Positions 8,751 to 18,910 are shown, counted from the stretch's first letter. The stretch is DNA of 24,606 nt from a virus (IMGVR_UViG_3300037458_000739:1-24606), one strand, 5' to 3'. Notes: a model not told the origin generated them from the sequence alone. Program-made: numbers and translations.

Positions 8751-10394
8751 CTAACCGACACTAATAAACTCTTCTTCAATATCACTGTCTGAGGCTACTA
8801 GTCTGCCCGTGTCATAGACATAATAGGCACCTTTTACAGTACCTGTAAGACCGGTATACCTAGACTTAAGAACTCTCATTTTAATTGTATTTCTTATCTT
8901 TTCATTAGCTGCAGTAAGGTCTCTTGCAAATGAAATAACATCAAATGAAATCTGTTTAATAGAACCTGAGCCTCTAATATCATCTAATGAAGGAAGCTTA
9001 CCTTCTTCGAATGAAGACTTGCTTGTAGTCGAAGACTTCCGTAAGTGAGACACAAGACCTATCCAAACAGGATGTCGCTTAACTAGTCTTAGAAGATCAT
9101 TCATAACCTTGTCTTGGGCTTCATTGCCTGTAAGGTTATCAACCCCTTCTGACACTAGAATTGTGATGTGATCAATAAACAAGTACTTACACCCTGTAAG
9201 ACACATATACTCTAATTTATCTACAATTGAGGAATCATTCATTGCACCCTGATGGTCTAGTAATACTACCCTGTCTGATCCAAACACTTCGTCAAATCCT
9301 ACTTTCAGTTCTTCAAGGGGTATTTCTTCCTTTGCAGGATTTCTATTCAAGACCATTCCAGACAGTTTTCTTGCTGTTTCTGCAGGGGATTCTTCTAAAC
9401 TTACAACTCCGATTTTATCAGATGTTGTCGAGAGTACATGAAGCATTATCTCTCGCATGATTGTAGATTTGCCACTGCCTGTGCCAGAGATCAATAATGT
9501 TATTTCTCCCGGTCTCATTCCTTTTAGTTTGGTATTTACACCTTCTAGACAACTTGGGTATGGCAGTGATTTTACATTATTATAGTTTTCGAGAGATTGC
9601 CATAAAGTTTCTTTATTAATAATACCAGAGGGTACATAAGGAGCTGCATCAAATAAATATCCAATTAGCGCTGCTCCACTTTCTTTTTGTAATACTTCAT
9701 TGGCATCTTTATGTGGTAACTTTGCTATTTTTACCTTGTCAATACCGATTATTTTAATTGCATTCTGTGTTGCTTCTTCACCAGCCTTATCATTGTCTAG
9801 ACAAAGAATAACCTCATTAAACGATCTGATCCAGTCTCTGTTCTCTAGCAATGACTTTGTCATCATAGCCGAAGACAGACCAACTACTGGGTAGATCTTT
9901 CCATACTTTTCATAATTAGCCTGAGCAACGCTTAATGCATCAATCTCACCTTCTGTGATTATGAGCCTTCTGCCTGCACCATTAAATCTTTCTTTTCCAA
10001 ACAAGGCGCTTGTATGATTTACCCATGTAAACTTTTTCGGTAGTTCTCTAATCTTAAAAGATGTCTCATTTTCATATGGATAATAGTGTGCTTCAACAGC
10101 CCCGCTATCTGGATCGTGACTTACACGTACTTTAAAAAATTCTAAAACTTCCTTCTTAATTCTTCTATCACTAAAGCCACGAGATAGTGGAAAGTTCTTG
10201 ATTTCTTCGACAGAAATCTTCTTGGCAGGTTCTTTAACTACTTTTGGAATTTCCAATACATCACCTTCTTGTGGTTTAAACCACTGTCTACATGAGAAAC
10301 AGAATGAGGTACCATCTTCATAAATGTTACGTGCATCAGAAGATCCACAGTTATTGTCCAGACATCGGACGTGATACTTGACTATCTTTCCCAT
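8751..10394 (-). CDS. T7 gp4-like DNA primase-helicase
   Basis: N-terminal Zn finger (CLDNNC...FCFSC), TOPRIM IITEGEIDALS and LCLDND, Walker A SGTGSGKS, IDHI, VSHLRK, RGSGSIKQ. Confidence 0.95.
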   Translation of the reverse strand: MGKIVKYHVRCLDNNCGSSDARNIYEDGTSFCFSCRQWFKPQEGDVLEIPKVVKEPAKKISVEEIKNFPLSRGFSDRRIKKEVLEFFKVRVSHDPDSGAVEAHYYPYENETSFKIRELPKKFTWVNHTSALFGKERFNGAGRRLIITEGEIDALSVAQANYEKYGKIYPVVGLSSAMMTKSLLENRDWIRSFNEVILCLDNDKAGEEATQNAIKIIGIDKVKIAKLPHKDANEVLQKESGAALIGYLFDAAPYVPSGIINKETLWQSLENYNNVKSLPYPSCLEGVNTKLKGMRPGEITLLISGTGSGKSTIMREIMLHVLSTTSDKIGVVSLEESPAETARKLSGMVLNRNPAKEEIPLEELKVGFDEVFGSDRVVLLDHQGAMNDSSIVDKLEYMCLTGCKYLFIDHITILVSEGVDNLTGNEAQDKVMNDLLRLVKRHPVWIGLVSHLRKSSTTSKSSFEEGKLPSLDDIRGSGSIKQISFDVISFARDLTAANEKIRNTIKMRVLKSRYTGLTGTVKGAYYVYDTGRLVASDSDIEEEFISVG

Positions 10395-10551
10395 CGTGGT
10401 ATCTAATCATCCCTGAAATAATTGTAAAAGCTAATGAAACAATTAACAGATTTATAGGAGTCGGTTCAAAATGCAATAAGACTGCTATAACTGACCAGAA
10501 TGCGAATAGTAGAGAAAGTGCTCCACAGATTGCACTAAGTATTTTCTGCAT
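10351..10551 (-). CDS. Small membrane protein with two predicted TM helices
   Basis: Two hydrophobic stretches; overlaps both neighbours. Confidence 0.6.
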   Translation of the reverse strand: MQKILSAICGALSLLFAFWSVIAVLLHFEPTPINLLIVSLAFTIISGMIRYHDGKDSQVSRPMSGQ

Positions 10552-11068
10552 CTTTTGTCCTTTCTAAGACATCTTTCAATCTATTTTTATGTCTGGATGT
10601 AATTTGTTCCTTTACAGTCCAAGTCACCTTTTCAATTAGCGTATTGTAAAATACTTTAGAGGTAGGAGCCTCTACAAAACAGAGAGACCATGTCTCAGAG
10701 TATGATAGTGTTCCTTTTGTCTGATACTGTTCTAAGCAAATAAATTCAAACTCTTCTTTTGGTCTTACTTTTAGAAGTTCTGCTAGTAGTTTAGAAGAAG
10801 ATGTATACTTCTTCCAATTACTTTCTTTTCCCTTATTTAGCTGACCCATTCCTAGAAAAAGCTTTTTTCCAATATAGGCTCTATTTAGGATTGTGTCATA
10901 GATAACATACACAAATCCAACATATGGTGGCCCCATCTTTTCTGGAAAGTCCCAGTGTCCATTAGGGCCTGCTTGACCAACAAATTGAATTTTTGTTACA
11001 TTATCAGGTACTGTTGGTAGCTTACCTACAAACTTCATAGGTTTAGCAAATGTCTTAACACAGGCCAC
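10535..11068 (-). CDS. GIY-YIG-like nuclease family protein (start may be ATG 11038)
   Basis: GFVY-(10)-YIGKK motif, later conserved E and FYN. Confidence 0.7.
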   Translation of the reverse strand: MACVKTFAKPMKFVGKLPTVPDNVTKIQFVGQAGPNGHWDFPEKMGPPYVGFVYVIYDTILNRAYIGKKLFLGMGQLNKGKESNWKKYTSSSKLLAELLKVRPKEEFEFICLEQYQTKGTLSYSETWSLCFVEAPTSKVFYNTLIEKVTWTVKEQITSRHKNRLKDVLERTKDAENT

Positions 11069-11883
11069 TCCTTTGCACTAAAGTAATCGTCTGTAGTTCT
11101 TTGAAGATGTATCATTTTGGCATTAGAGAGGAGATAATCAAACCACTCATCTCCATAAAAGGCCATATAATGCTCTACAACGATTTCCTGCATTTCTGAT
11201 TCTTCTTTAGTATCTTTCAGATACTTTGTTGCTTTTACTTTACCAACACCAGGTATACCAGGAATGTTATCTGTTGAGTCTCCCATTAATAACTGTCTAT
11301 AGTATAAATGAAGAGACTCTAACACACTAATTTCTTTTATTTCACCTTTGTCAATTGATAGATTTTGCTTTATTGGTATTTTGTAATGCTTTCCTGGAAT
11401 ACACTCTAGATCTTTGTCAATAGAGCAGATAACATAAGGATCACCAGCAAGAGAGGCTTCTCTTGCCCAGATTCGAATATAGTCATCCGCCTCTCTGCCA
11501 TGAGCTGCAATTGCAAGACCTTCTGCGACGGCTAGTTCTCTTAATACTGGAACAAACATGTTAGTTTTTGTAGGATCTGCATGTCTATTCAACTTATACT
11601 CAGGATACAACAAATTTCTAAAATTATCTTGACCCTTTACAACCATGAGATAATCAGTAGCATAAAAGTGTTCTAATATTCTCTCTAAGTCTTTCTTAAA
11701 GTTTTCCCATGATTCTTCTAGGTAAGCCCTATCCTCTTGTACTGTAAACTCTAACGGTACTCTCTTCCCGTCATTGTCAAGTTGTACATAGTTTATACCA
11801 TCTATTACTCTTCCGGATTTTTCCCACCTAGATCTACATGCCTTATAGGCTAATACATCTCCATCAATAATTGGTAATAGCAT
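11035..11883 (-). CDS. 5'-3' exonuclease / flap endonuclease (T7 gp6-like)
   Basis: IIDGD, YKLNR, EADD, SIDKDL, GDSTDNIPGIPGVGKVKA (H3TH). Confidence 0.93.
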   Translation of the reverse strand: MLLPIIDGDVLAYKACRSRWEKSGRVIDGINYVQLDNDGKRVPLEFTVQEDRAYLEESWENFKKDLERILEHFYATDYLMVVKGQDNFRNLLYPEYKLNRHADPTKTNMFVPVLRELAVAEGLAIAAHGREADDYIRIWAREASLAGDPYVICSIDKDLECIPGKHYKIPIKQNLSIDKGEIKEISVLESLHLYYRQLLMGDSTDNIPGIPGVGKVKATKYLKDTKEESEMQEIVVEHYMAFYGDEWFDYLLSNAKMIHLQRTTDDYFSAKEWPVLRHLLNL

Positions 11884-11884
11884 T

Positions 11885-12103
11885 TTACAAATCTATAACT
11901 GAATGAATATGTTTATAATTTATATCATTACGAAATTCATAATCTTCTCTTACTTCACAGACTTTAGCAAGTTTATAAAATTGCCCATAAGGTACAATTA
12001 CTGTTGAACCTTCTTGAATAGGAATAGTAGATTTATATGTGTAGATTTTTGACCATCCACCTCTATCATAAAAAGCTGCACCTACTGCGTATATTTTTGT
12101 CAT
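11885..12103 (-). CDS. Hypothetical protein (probable start MTKIY)
   Basis: YTYK...GSTVIVP motif typical of small phage beta-rich proteins; start moved past the upstream hairpin. Confidence 0.7.
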   Translation of the reverse strand: MTKIYAVGAAFYDRGGWSKIYTYKSTIPIQEGSTVIVPYGQFYKLAKVCEVREDYEFRNDINYKHIHSVIDL

Positions 12104-12107
12104 ATTT

Positions 12108-12132
12108 AAAAAAGGGCAGTTACCTGCCCTTT
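12108..12132 (-). terminator. Probable intrinsic terminator
   Basis: AAAGGGCAG-GTAA-CTGCCCTTT followed by TT. Confidence 0.6.
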
Positions 12133-12171
12133 CCAAAGCGGCCGTATAGATAGCCGAGATAATAAAAGAAT

Positions 12172-12576
12172 TTAACCTTTAGCCTTAGCTTGAGGCTTCT
12201 TAATTTGCTTAAAACGATCTTTGACATGTTTCGACATATTGGCAAGTTCGCCATCAAAGATGCCAATTAACATGCCTTGTTGTTCCTCACCCATATTAGG
12301 CCACTCAAAAATCGCTCTAGTCCATTTAACTCCATCTTCTAATACTACCATTTCAAGCCTCAGTTCAAGAGGATTGGTTGTAGTCGGGATAGGAGCTCTT
12401 CCTCTAACCATTTCCTTTGAAATATTATTTAACTTTGTAAGAGCCCTAACCATACTATCTTCAAGATCTTCTACAACGCTAACCTTTTCAAGATTAGTCC
12501 AATTATAGATCTTAGGCTCTTTTACTTCACGACCGTCATCACCGTGAAAGGTGACTTTAGCAATAACTTCAAACAC
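12172..12576 (-). CDS. Hypothetical protein (probable GTG start at 12576)
   Basis: AAGGAG SD ahead of GTG; two loosely similar halves (..YNWTNL.. and ..FEWPNM..). Confidence 0.7.
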   Translation of the reverse strand: MFEVIAKVTFHGDDGREVKEPKIYNWTNLEKVSVVEDLEDSMVRALTKLNNISKEMVRGRAPIPTTTNPLELRLEMVVLEDGVKWTRAIFEWPNMGEEQQGMLIGIFDGELANMSKHVKDRFKQIKKPQAKAKG

Positions 12577-12586
12577 AATACTCTCC

Positions 12587-14452
12587 TTAGTGAACTTCGT
12601 ACCAGTTGTTGCCGATTTTAGCACCGCCGTCCATTATATTAATGCCATATAACTTAGGACCTTTTTCGAAACTGCTCTTCCCAATTTCTGCGGCTCTTTC
12701 TGCATATTCGTCAGGAACTAGAAACTCTTTCTCATCATGGTAATAAATCAATGGAATATAGGGTATGTTTTCTTGCTCTAGTTGACGAACGGTTAACATT
12801 ATGGCAGTAGAGCAAGTTATCTTTTCTGTTGCTTGTAAAAGATATACTAATAGTTTATGGAAGGAGTCTACGTATATTCTATTACCTACTAGTGAACGAA
12901 TATAACCAGGCCCATCTTGTGAAGTCTTAGCATATACTGCTGATAATTTATCAAGAAGCTCCTTAAATCCTGGAACTGCTTTGATAAATCCTTTCTTTAA
13001 CTCATTTCCATTCTTTACATCTATTTTTCCGAAGATGTATGACCAAAGTTTACCACCAGAAGCTCCAAACAAGAAAGCATATAATATTCTCTTAGCTTGG
13101 CCCCTAGCGACTACATGGTCAACACCCATTTCACTCAGCACTTTAGTAAGAACGTCTGCATTAAATTGATGAATATCACCTTTGGTAATAAGTTCAATGT
13201 ACTCTTTATTATTTAGATAATATGCAAGACCACGTGCTTGATTACCTGAAGAGTCACAGCCAATAATCTTCCATCCAGGCAGTGTAGTAAAAAGCTCTCT
13301 CATTTCTTTGCCCCATACTGCATCTGTACCTGGAACATTAACAATAATCTGATGCCGAGCTCTCATACTCGGTGTACCAATTAGCATACATGTGCCATGT
13401 ACACGATTATTACTGTCAACATTTTTTAACCATGTATCTACTACGGCATACCTCGATCTTGCTGTAAGAAAATTCAAATATAATTGACCATCACCACCGA
13501 GAAATTCTAGACTATCTTCAGTTATCTTAGGAGATGTCTTTTCTTTCTTTCCTGTTTCTTCATTAAACTTGAAGTTATACTGTGTAGGCACCCAGCCATG
13601 TCTAAATAAGAACAATTTTACATCTGCAACAGAGTCTAATGAAAGTGGCTCAAAAGAAACTCTACAGTAAGGGCCTTGGATTGGCTGTTCTTCTCCAGGG
13701 TATCCCGAGCATGGGTCAATTCCAAAATATCGAGATGTATGAACATCATAAAAGCCTTGTTTTGTCCATCGAGGGTATTTCTCCTCAACAGTACCTCTTA
13801 CTTTATCAAGTGCAACTGTTTTTGTTCCTAGCTTGTGTGTTAGTTGTTTATATGCATTATCTAGTTCAACCTTAAGAAGTGCTCTTAATTCTTCTGCCTT
13901 TGCAACATCAAAAGGCCATCCATACATTTCTGCCTTAGAAGTCCATTCATTTGCATACTGCTCTGCCTCGATGTATGTCAGTAATTCTTGTTTAAATCGC
14001 ATTCCTTCTTTTAATTCAGGCAAAAGTGTCTTATAAATTCTTACTGCAATTTCAGTATCCTTTGCACAGTACTCAATCATCTCTGGTGTACATTTAGAGA
14101 AGTCATCAAACTTGATTTTAGGATATCCTAAGAAAGAGCCCCATGCCTCAAGTGAATGCCCTTCAGGAAATCTTTTATAATCAAGTATCTGAGACATTAT
14201 TAGTGTATCTCTAATCTTGATTTTTCTATCTACTTTGTAATTGAAGAGTTTCTCTAATAATGGAATGTCAAATCCTGTTATATTATGCCCAATTAACACA
14301 TCACAACTATCAATGAGTTTTTTCCATCCTAAATCACCTTCAAGGAAGGTATAGGACTCTTGCGTATCAACATCAATAGCATGTAAGACCCACATCCTAG
14401 AGGCTGAGGGTAGTAGTCCGTCAGCCTCAATATCAAATACTATCTTTCTCAT
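12587..14452 (-). CDS. polA: Family A DNA polymerase with 3'-5' exonuclease
   Basis: ExoI FDIEAD, ExoII GHNITGFD, ExoIII YCAKD, motif A GCDSSGNQAR, motif B RGQAKRILYAFLFG (Tyr at the E. coli 762 position), motif C YHDE. Confidence 0.95.
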   Translation of the reverse strand: MRKIVFDIEADGLLPSASRMWVLHAIDVDTQESYTFLEGDLGWKKLIDSCDVLIGHNITGFDIPLLEKLFNYKVDRKIKIRDTLIMSQILDYKRFPEGHSLEAWGSFLGYPKIKFDDFSKCTPEMIEYCAKDTEIAVRIYKTLLPELKEGMRFKQELLTYIEAEQYANEWTSKAEMYGWPFDVAKAEELRALLKVELDNAYKQLTHKLGTKTVALDKVRGTVEEKYPRWTKQGFYDVHTSRYFGIDPCSGYPGEEQPIQGPYCRVSFEPLSLDSVADVKLFLFRHGWVPTQYNFKFNEETGKKEKTSPKITEDSLEFLGGDGQLYLNFLTARSRYAVVDTWLKNVDSNNRVHGTCMLIGTPSMRARHQIIVNVPGTDAVWGKEMRELFTTLPGWKIIGCDSSGNQARGLAYYLNNKEYIELITKGDIHQFNADVLTKVLSEMGVDHVVARGQAKRILYAFLFGASGGKLWSYIFGKIDVKNGNELKKGFIKAVPGFKELLDKLSAVYAKTSQDGPGYIRSLVGNRIYVDSFHKLLVYLLQATEKITCSTAIMLTVRQLEQENIPYIPLIYYHDEKEFLVPDEYAERAAEIGKSSFEKGPKLYGINIMDGGAKIGNNWYEVH

Positions 14453-14954
14453 CTAGGTATTTAAACATCTTGTCAGGTGAAACTGCCTTATTACCGTTCT
14501 TTATATAAGCGCAAAGAAAGGTAAGGTACCACCTAGCCTTAAGCAACTCTTGTAGTGAGTGATCTTTTTGCCCATTCCTGTCAAGATACTTTCTCACTTG
14601 CATTTCAACAGATGCAATAAACCTGTCTGGGTCTCTTAGAGTAGGTATCTTTGACATTGTTTCTAACCATTGATAGTCATCAACATAATTCTTATAATGA
14701 GAAGGGTCTACTGCCTTTTCAATCTTTTCAGGTTGCATACCTAATCTCCATACTGACCTCTCTAGAGTAATTGCCCATGACTCCATGTCATCTTCATCAC
14801 GGATTACATGGCCATATTTTTGCTCTAAACCATCAAACACTCTCACTTCAAATGGAGGAACATAGTCTGTAGGCTTGATTTCATTAATATCAGTAGAGAT
14901 ATACATGACTGGGCCAGAGTTATCTCTATAGTGTCGTTCGTAAAAGTATCGCAT
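14433..14954 (-). CDS. DUF3310 / T7 gp1.7-like (nucleotide kinase-like) domain protein
   Basis: C-terminal VDPSHY...KYLDRNGQKD...ELLKARWYL pattern. Confidence 0.7.
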   Translation of the reverse strand: MRYFYERHYRDNSGPVMYISTDINEIKPTDYVPPFEVRVFDGLEQKYGHVIRDEDDMESWAITLERSVWRLGMQPEKIEKAVDPSHYKNYVDDYQWLETMSKIPTLRDPDRFIASVEMQVRKYLDRNGQKDHSLQELLKARWYLTFLCAYIKNGNKAVSPDKMFKYLDEKDSI

Positions 14955-14962
14955 AAGATTTT

Positions 14963-14991
14963 AAGGGGATGTCTTATTAGGACATCCCCTT
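14963..14991. other. Strong intergenic hairpin (terminator or processing site)
   Basis: AAGGGGATGTC...GACATCCCCTT inverted repeat after ssb; no clear U-tract on the minus strand. Confidence 0.6.
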
Positions 14992-14997
14992 TGTTAA

Positions 14998-15504
14998 TTA
15001 GACAAATTCTTCGTCTGTATCTGCCGTATCAGGATCAACAACCTCTGTATCTGTCTGCTCAAACTCGTCACTTCTCGGAGGAGGCGTATAGACAACATGT
15101 TTTGTGATCTGAACACCCATTAGAATGCTTGCAACAGCATTCCTACCATCATCTTTCGGGTATGAATATTGGAAAATACGAACATTTCCAATAGAACCAT
15201 TTCCGATAGAGTTGGGATTAATGTCCTCTAATGCACCATTAATAACCTTTACAGGCTGGGCAGGAACATTTTCCTTTTCCTTAATGGACTTCTTCTTAAG
15301 GTTGACACGATAGTATGGTGCACTATCATCGTCAGGAACAATTGCCTTAACAGGAAGATTTAAAGCTTCCCATTCTTTCTTTACTTCTTTACTGGTAGTC
15401 CGAATCTGACATTCCCATGTCGGATTCTTCTTATTGTATTTATCGTTAGGACGCTTAGGATCCAGCTTGCAATAATACAATTCTACATTCTTGATAATTG
15501 CCAT
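14998..15504 (-). CDS. ssb: T7 gp2.5-like single-stranded DNA-binding protein
   Basis: IGNGSIGNV...LMGVQI core, acidic tail ending DEEFV, adjacent to the polymerase. Confidence 0.8.
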   Translation of the reverse strand: MAIIKNVELYYCKLDPKRPNDKYNKKNPTWECQIRTTSKEVKKEWEALNLPVKAIVPDDDSAPYYRVNLKKKSIKEKENVPAQPVKVINGALEDINPNSIGNGSIGNVRIFQYSYPKDDGRNAVASILMGVQITKHVVYTPPPRSDEFEQTDTEVVDPDTADTDEEFV

Positions 15505-15560
15505 TTTACGCCTTTAGTTAAGAAAGTTACGATCCCTTTAGGGTTAATGTAACGGGTTGG

Positions 15561-15869
15561 TTAAGTAAGAGCTTCAAGTTGCTCAGAAATTTTGACCTTA
15601 CGCGCATTTACTTCTGCAAGTTCTTTTTTCAATGTTTCTTCCAGTTCTTTCTTATCTGGTGCAGGAGGTTCAATAGAAAGCACTTCTGGCAAAATTCTAA
15701 TGACAGGTGCCTTACCTGTCATTTCAAGCTTTGTAATTTCATTATCATAATTAGATTTAATATTCAAACAATATGCATTTGACAACAACCTCAGTAGTGT
15801 AGTAGCATCTGTGTCATATACTTCAAAACAGATGGCAGCACTATAACCTGTACTAATTGCGACTCTCAT
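15561..15869 (-). CDS. Hypothetical protein with C-terminal coiled coil
   Basis: ATGA-coupled ORF. Confidence 0.7.
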   Translation of the reverse strand: MRVAISTGYSAAICFEVYDTDATTLLRLLSNAYCLNIKSNYDNEITKLEMTGKAPVIRILPEVLSIEPPAPDKKELEETLKKELAEVNARKVKISEQLEALT

Positions 15870-16072
15870 TCTTCATCTTCCTCTTTAAGTGTGTCCCATT
15901 CTTCTTGGACAATACCGGTTTTAATAAACTCACGTTCGTTAGGTGATAAATGTGGCATAAGATTTTGAATAATATCTTCTCCACGTTCCCATCTAGCTAG
16001 AACATCTGGAGAAACATCTACTTCCAATGTTCTAGTTTTTCCTGTCATTATGGAAGTTCTGGTGATTTGCAT
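15866..16072 (-). CDS. Phage hypothetical protein (68 aa)
   Basis: IQNLMPHLSPNEREFIKTGI..EEWD motif, resembling a recurrent small phage family. Confidence 0.75.
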   Translation of the reverse strand: MQITRTSIMTGKTRTLEVDVSPDVLARWERGEDIIQNLMPHLSPNEREFIKTGIVQEEWDTLKEEDEE

Positions 16073-16455
16073 CGTTGATCCTCTTCAGTTAACCCTATTG
16101 ACTTAAGGACATTTTCACTATTATTTGCAATATCATCTGGAATTAAGTATGTGTTTCCACCTGCATTATTTGTTGCAAGAAACACTTCAACAAACGTAAA
16201 GTTAAAGTACCATTGACATATATCAAAAACAGCCGGTGCCTCTGCTAACGAAGTTCTATTAACTGTTCTAATTTCTCTGAGGTCTTCAGGACTTTCTACG
16301 ACAAAAACATTGCCTCCAAAAACTTCGTTAAAAGGATATTTACCAATATTTTCTACTGTTTCGTAGGGTAGATAATCAACCATAATTTCTAAATATCTAT
16401 CTCCTACTAACTGGTTAAATTCCATTAATTCTTCTGCTGTTTTAAATTCTTTCAT
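16048..16455 (-). CDS. Hypothetical protein (135 aa)
   Basis: ORF with AGGAG SD directly after the RNAP gene. Confidence 0.75.
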   Translation of the reverse strand: MKEFKTAEELMEFNQLVGDRYLEIMVDYLPYETVENIGKYPFNEVFGGNVFVVESPEDLREIRTVNRTSLAEAPAVFDICQWYFNFTFVEVFLATNNAGGNTYLIPDDIANNSENVLKSIGLTEEDQRCKSPELP

Positions 16456-16463
16456 ATTAACTC

Positions 16464-18713
16464 CTATGAGAAAGCATACTCTGATTCAAGAATTGAAGTA
16501 ATGTCTAGACTTCCAAACTTAACCCCTTTCAAGTCACCATTCATTTCATTCATTAACTTATATATTGGATTTACACTATACAACTCTACAAATGTTTCTC
16601 TCACAAATCTGAATAAATCCGGCATATCTGCAAACAGACACCCGTAAGAATCATGAATTGTCGTAATAGGAAAATTACATTTATGGACTGTATAAGCTAA
16701 GTGGGCAGCATCTAAACTATGTATAATATTTGGACTTGCACTTTGTGATTGCTTTCCTTTTGATGGCACATGATCTTCTACAAAACAGATAGAAAGCTGT
16801 AATGTGTTTTCATAATACCCTGTACTAAGCTTTGGCCCTGTAGGCGGCCCATATTGTACGTATATCTTTTTAGTAATACCTTCAGTATAGTTTTGAACTA
16901 CTGGGAAGTTTGTCAAAGGAGTATGCCAAGAAAGAAACTTGCCTTCTTTTTCAGCCTTACTTCCAACTTCTTCAAATACTTTTAGTAGTTGCATAGGTCT
17001 TTCGAGAGACTTTCGACAATCTTCATAAATCTCTCTGCCTAGATAAGCGCCCCACCTATGCTCCATCTGGTATAATAGCTCAATTCCATGCTTCTTAGCA
17101 TCTGCAATCTGTTGCTCACCTAAACCATATGGTGTGCCTCCATAGGGTAGAGTCATTGTATTTCTTTTAACAATCTTTCTTCTATGCTTAGTATCTCTAA
17201 TTCGTAACCAAAACACTGGAGAAGCTAATGTAATTAAAGCGTCATTCTTTTGTTTAAACTCTTTTATTCGATTTACTAGATTCTTTCTTAATTCACTTTT
17301 ATAATCGACTGCTGCAATTTCCTTCTTAATCTCTATTAGCTTGTTAATAACATCTTCACAAACTTCTAGTTCTTCCTCGGAGTATTTTGCAACAATCCTT
17401 TCAAGTCTTTCCCATACGTGTTTCGCAACATATGCATATAAATCACCTGGGTATTGAGTTCTTACCAGATTCACATGAACAGCAGTCACCTCGTCTCTTG
17501 TTAAGGCAGCTAAGTGCTGACTTCCATTTGTACTACCATCTATAAAACCCTCTAAATGGCATTCATATTCATAGCTATCAAAATTACCATGTGTACTCCA
17601 CTGCCATTGTCTTAGTTTCTTTAACTCAACACAGCCTGCTAAGAATTGCCAAGGCTTATCAGCCTTCATCCATCCTTGGTTCTCTTTAGGTGCTTCTGCA
17701 TATGATAAAAATACTTCTTCATTTGTAATTGCCCAAAGATATCTTTCTTTTAGAGGTATTTTATCTGTCTTTAGCCCATCTTCTCTACCTGCATCATTGC
17801 CCCAATTAGAAGCTAAGCATACCATCAGCCAGAAGAAACCTTCTTTACCTAAGGCTTTCTTGTCTGCTCTTAATAGCAAGCCTCTAGCCAGGTCAGAACC
17901 TTGTTCATGTAGATAGGCAGTCGTTGGATATTTTCTACCCCTGAAATCGTAGTAATAAAGATGATAAAATTTCTTATCTATAAATCTTTTTGCAATATCA
18001 CCAATTGACCTGGCTTCTCTCAATTTTGTCAGCTTAGCTTCCTGACTAGCTAATTCCCATATTTCAGCAAAGGCTTCGGTACGATTTGCTAATGCCCAGT
18101 GATACACACTAAAAACGTCTTTGTTAACTGTCCAGCCGATTCTCTGTGCTCTATTTAAACATTCAAAAACAATTGGATGTGTCTCAGGCGTTAACTCATT
18201 TAACACTTCTTTAGAACCTGTTTTGACCATTGTCATTCCAGATTCATGACGAACAGATGTCCAATCTGCATAAGGGACTTCTGAGGGCAGTTTCTCAATG
18301 CCACTAGGAACAGTATTCCATAAGTTACAGAGTATCTCATCTTTAAGGACTTGTACAATATAAGTATGATGTCCTTTAAGTCCTTGGCCTAAAACAGTCT
18401 GAATTACGCCCTCTTTTTCAAAAGTATATAAAAGAAAGGCACCTGTTTTAGCTGCTAATGAAGAGTTTTTTGGAAGCTTTAACTTACTACGTAAACTATG
18501 CCCAAGGGCTGATATGACCTCTGTAAGGAATATTGCAGTATTGTAGTGTTTCTTCTTTGGTCTAGTATATAAATATACAATTCCAATTATTGTGTCAAGA
18601 TGATCCTCAATTTCAACTTCTTTTAGATAGATTAGAGGATTTCTGACAGATATTTCTGTCTCAATTCTATATCTATAACTCTGTAAAATACGTTCTCTTG
18701 TTAAGACATCCAT
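16464..18713 (-). CDS. Single-subunit (T7-type) DNA-directed RNA polymerase
   Basis: DFRGRKY, DKPWQFLA, motif A IDGSTNGSQH, motif B RKIVKRNTMTLPYG, PNIIHSLDAAHL, motif C IHDSYG. Confidence 0.95.
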   Translation of the reverse strand: MDVLTRERILQSYRYRIETEISVRNPLIYLKEVEIEDHLDTIIGIVYLYTRPKKKHYNTAIFLTEVISALGHSLRSKLKLPKNSSLAAKTGAFLLYTFEKEGVIQTVLGQGLKGHHTYIVQVLKDEILCNLWNTVPSGIEKLPSEVPYADWTSVRHESGMTMVKTGSKEVLNELTPETHPIVFECLNRAQRIGWTVNKDVFSVYHWALANRTEAFAEIWELASQEAKLTKLREARSIGDIAKRFIDKKFYHLYYYDFRGRKYPTTAYLHEQGSDLARGLLLRADKKALGKEGFFWLMVCLASNWGNDAGREDGLKTDKIPLKERYLWAITNEEVFLSYAEAPKENQGWMKADKPWQFLAGCVELKKLRQWQWSTHGNFDSYEYECHLEGFIDGSTNGSQHLAALTRDEVTAVHVNLVRTQYPGDLYAYVAKHVWERLERIVAKYSEEELEVCEDVINKLIEIKKEIAAVDYKSELRKNLVNRIKEFKQKNDALITLASPVFWLRIRDTKHRRKIVKRNTMTLPYGGTPYGLGEQQIADAKKHGIELLYQMEHRWGAYLGREIYEDCRKSLERPMQLLKVFEEVGSKAEKEGKFLSWHTPLTNFPVVQNYTEGITKKIYVQYGPPTGPKLSTGYYENTLQLSICFVEDHVPSKGKQSQSASPNIIHSLDAAHLAYTVHKCNFPITTIHDSYGCLFADMPDLFRFVRETFVELYSVNPIYKLMNEMNGDLKGVKFGSLDITSILESEYAFS

Positions 18714-18826
18714 TTAAATAGACCGGGGAACACTGCAGTTATTACATAAAACCCGAGGAAGTACAAACAGATAGCAATCCAAAAGGGTACAACTCCTTTC
18801 ATGTGCTTTAAGAAACTTTCAAACAT
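18701..18826 (-). CDS. Small membrane peptide (41 aa, MFESFLKHMKGVVPFWIAICLYFLGFYVITAVFPGLFKWMS) overlapping the RNAP start
   Basis: Hand-translated; single hydrophobic helix; stop overlaps the first RNAP codons. Confidence 0.5.
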   Translation of the reverse strand: MFESFLKHMKGVVPFWIAICLYFLGFYVITAVFPGLFKWMS

Positions 18827-18910
18827 CCCTTACGCTTTCACGTTAATTGGCTTAGGAAGCTGGTGCCAATTCGACACCAGCACGATGACTGATGTCGAGG
18901 GATACATTCG

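Noticed and set aside
405-15782. All plus-strand ORFs in the track (e.g. 405-668, 529-921, 7823-8227, 12221-12508)
   Set aside because: They are antisense shadows of well-supported minus-strand genes and have no recognisable motifs
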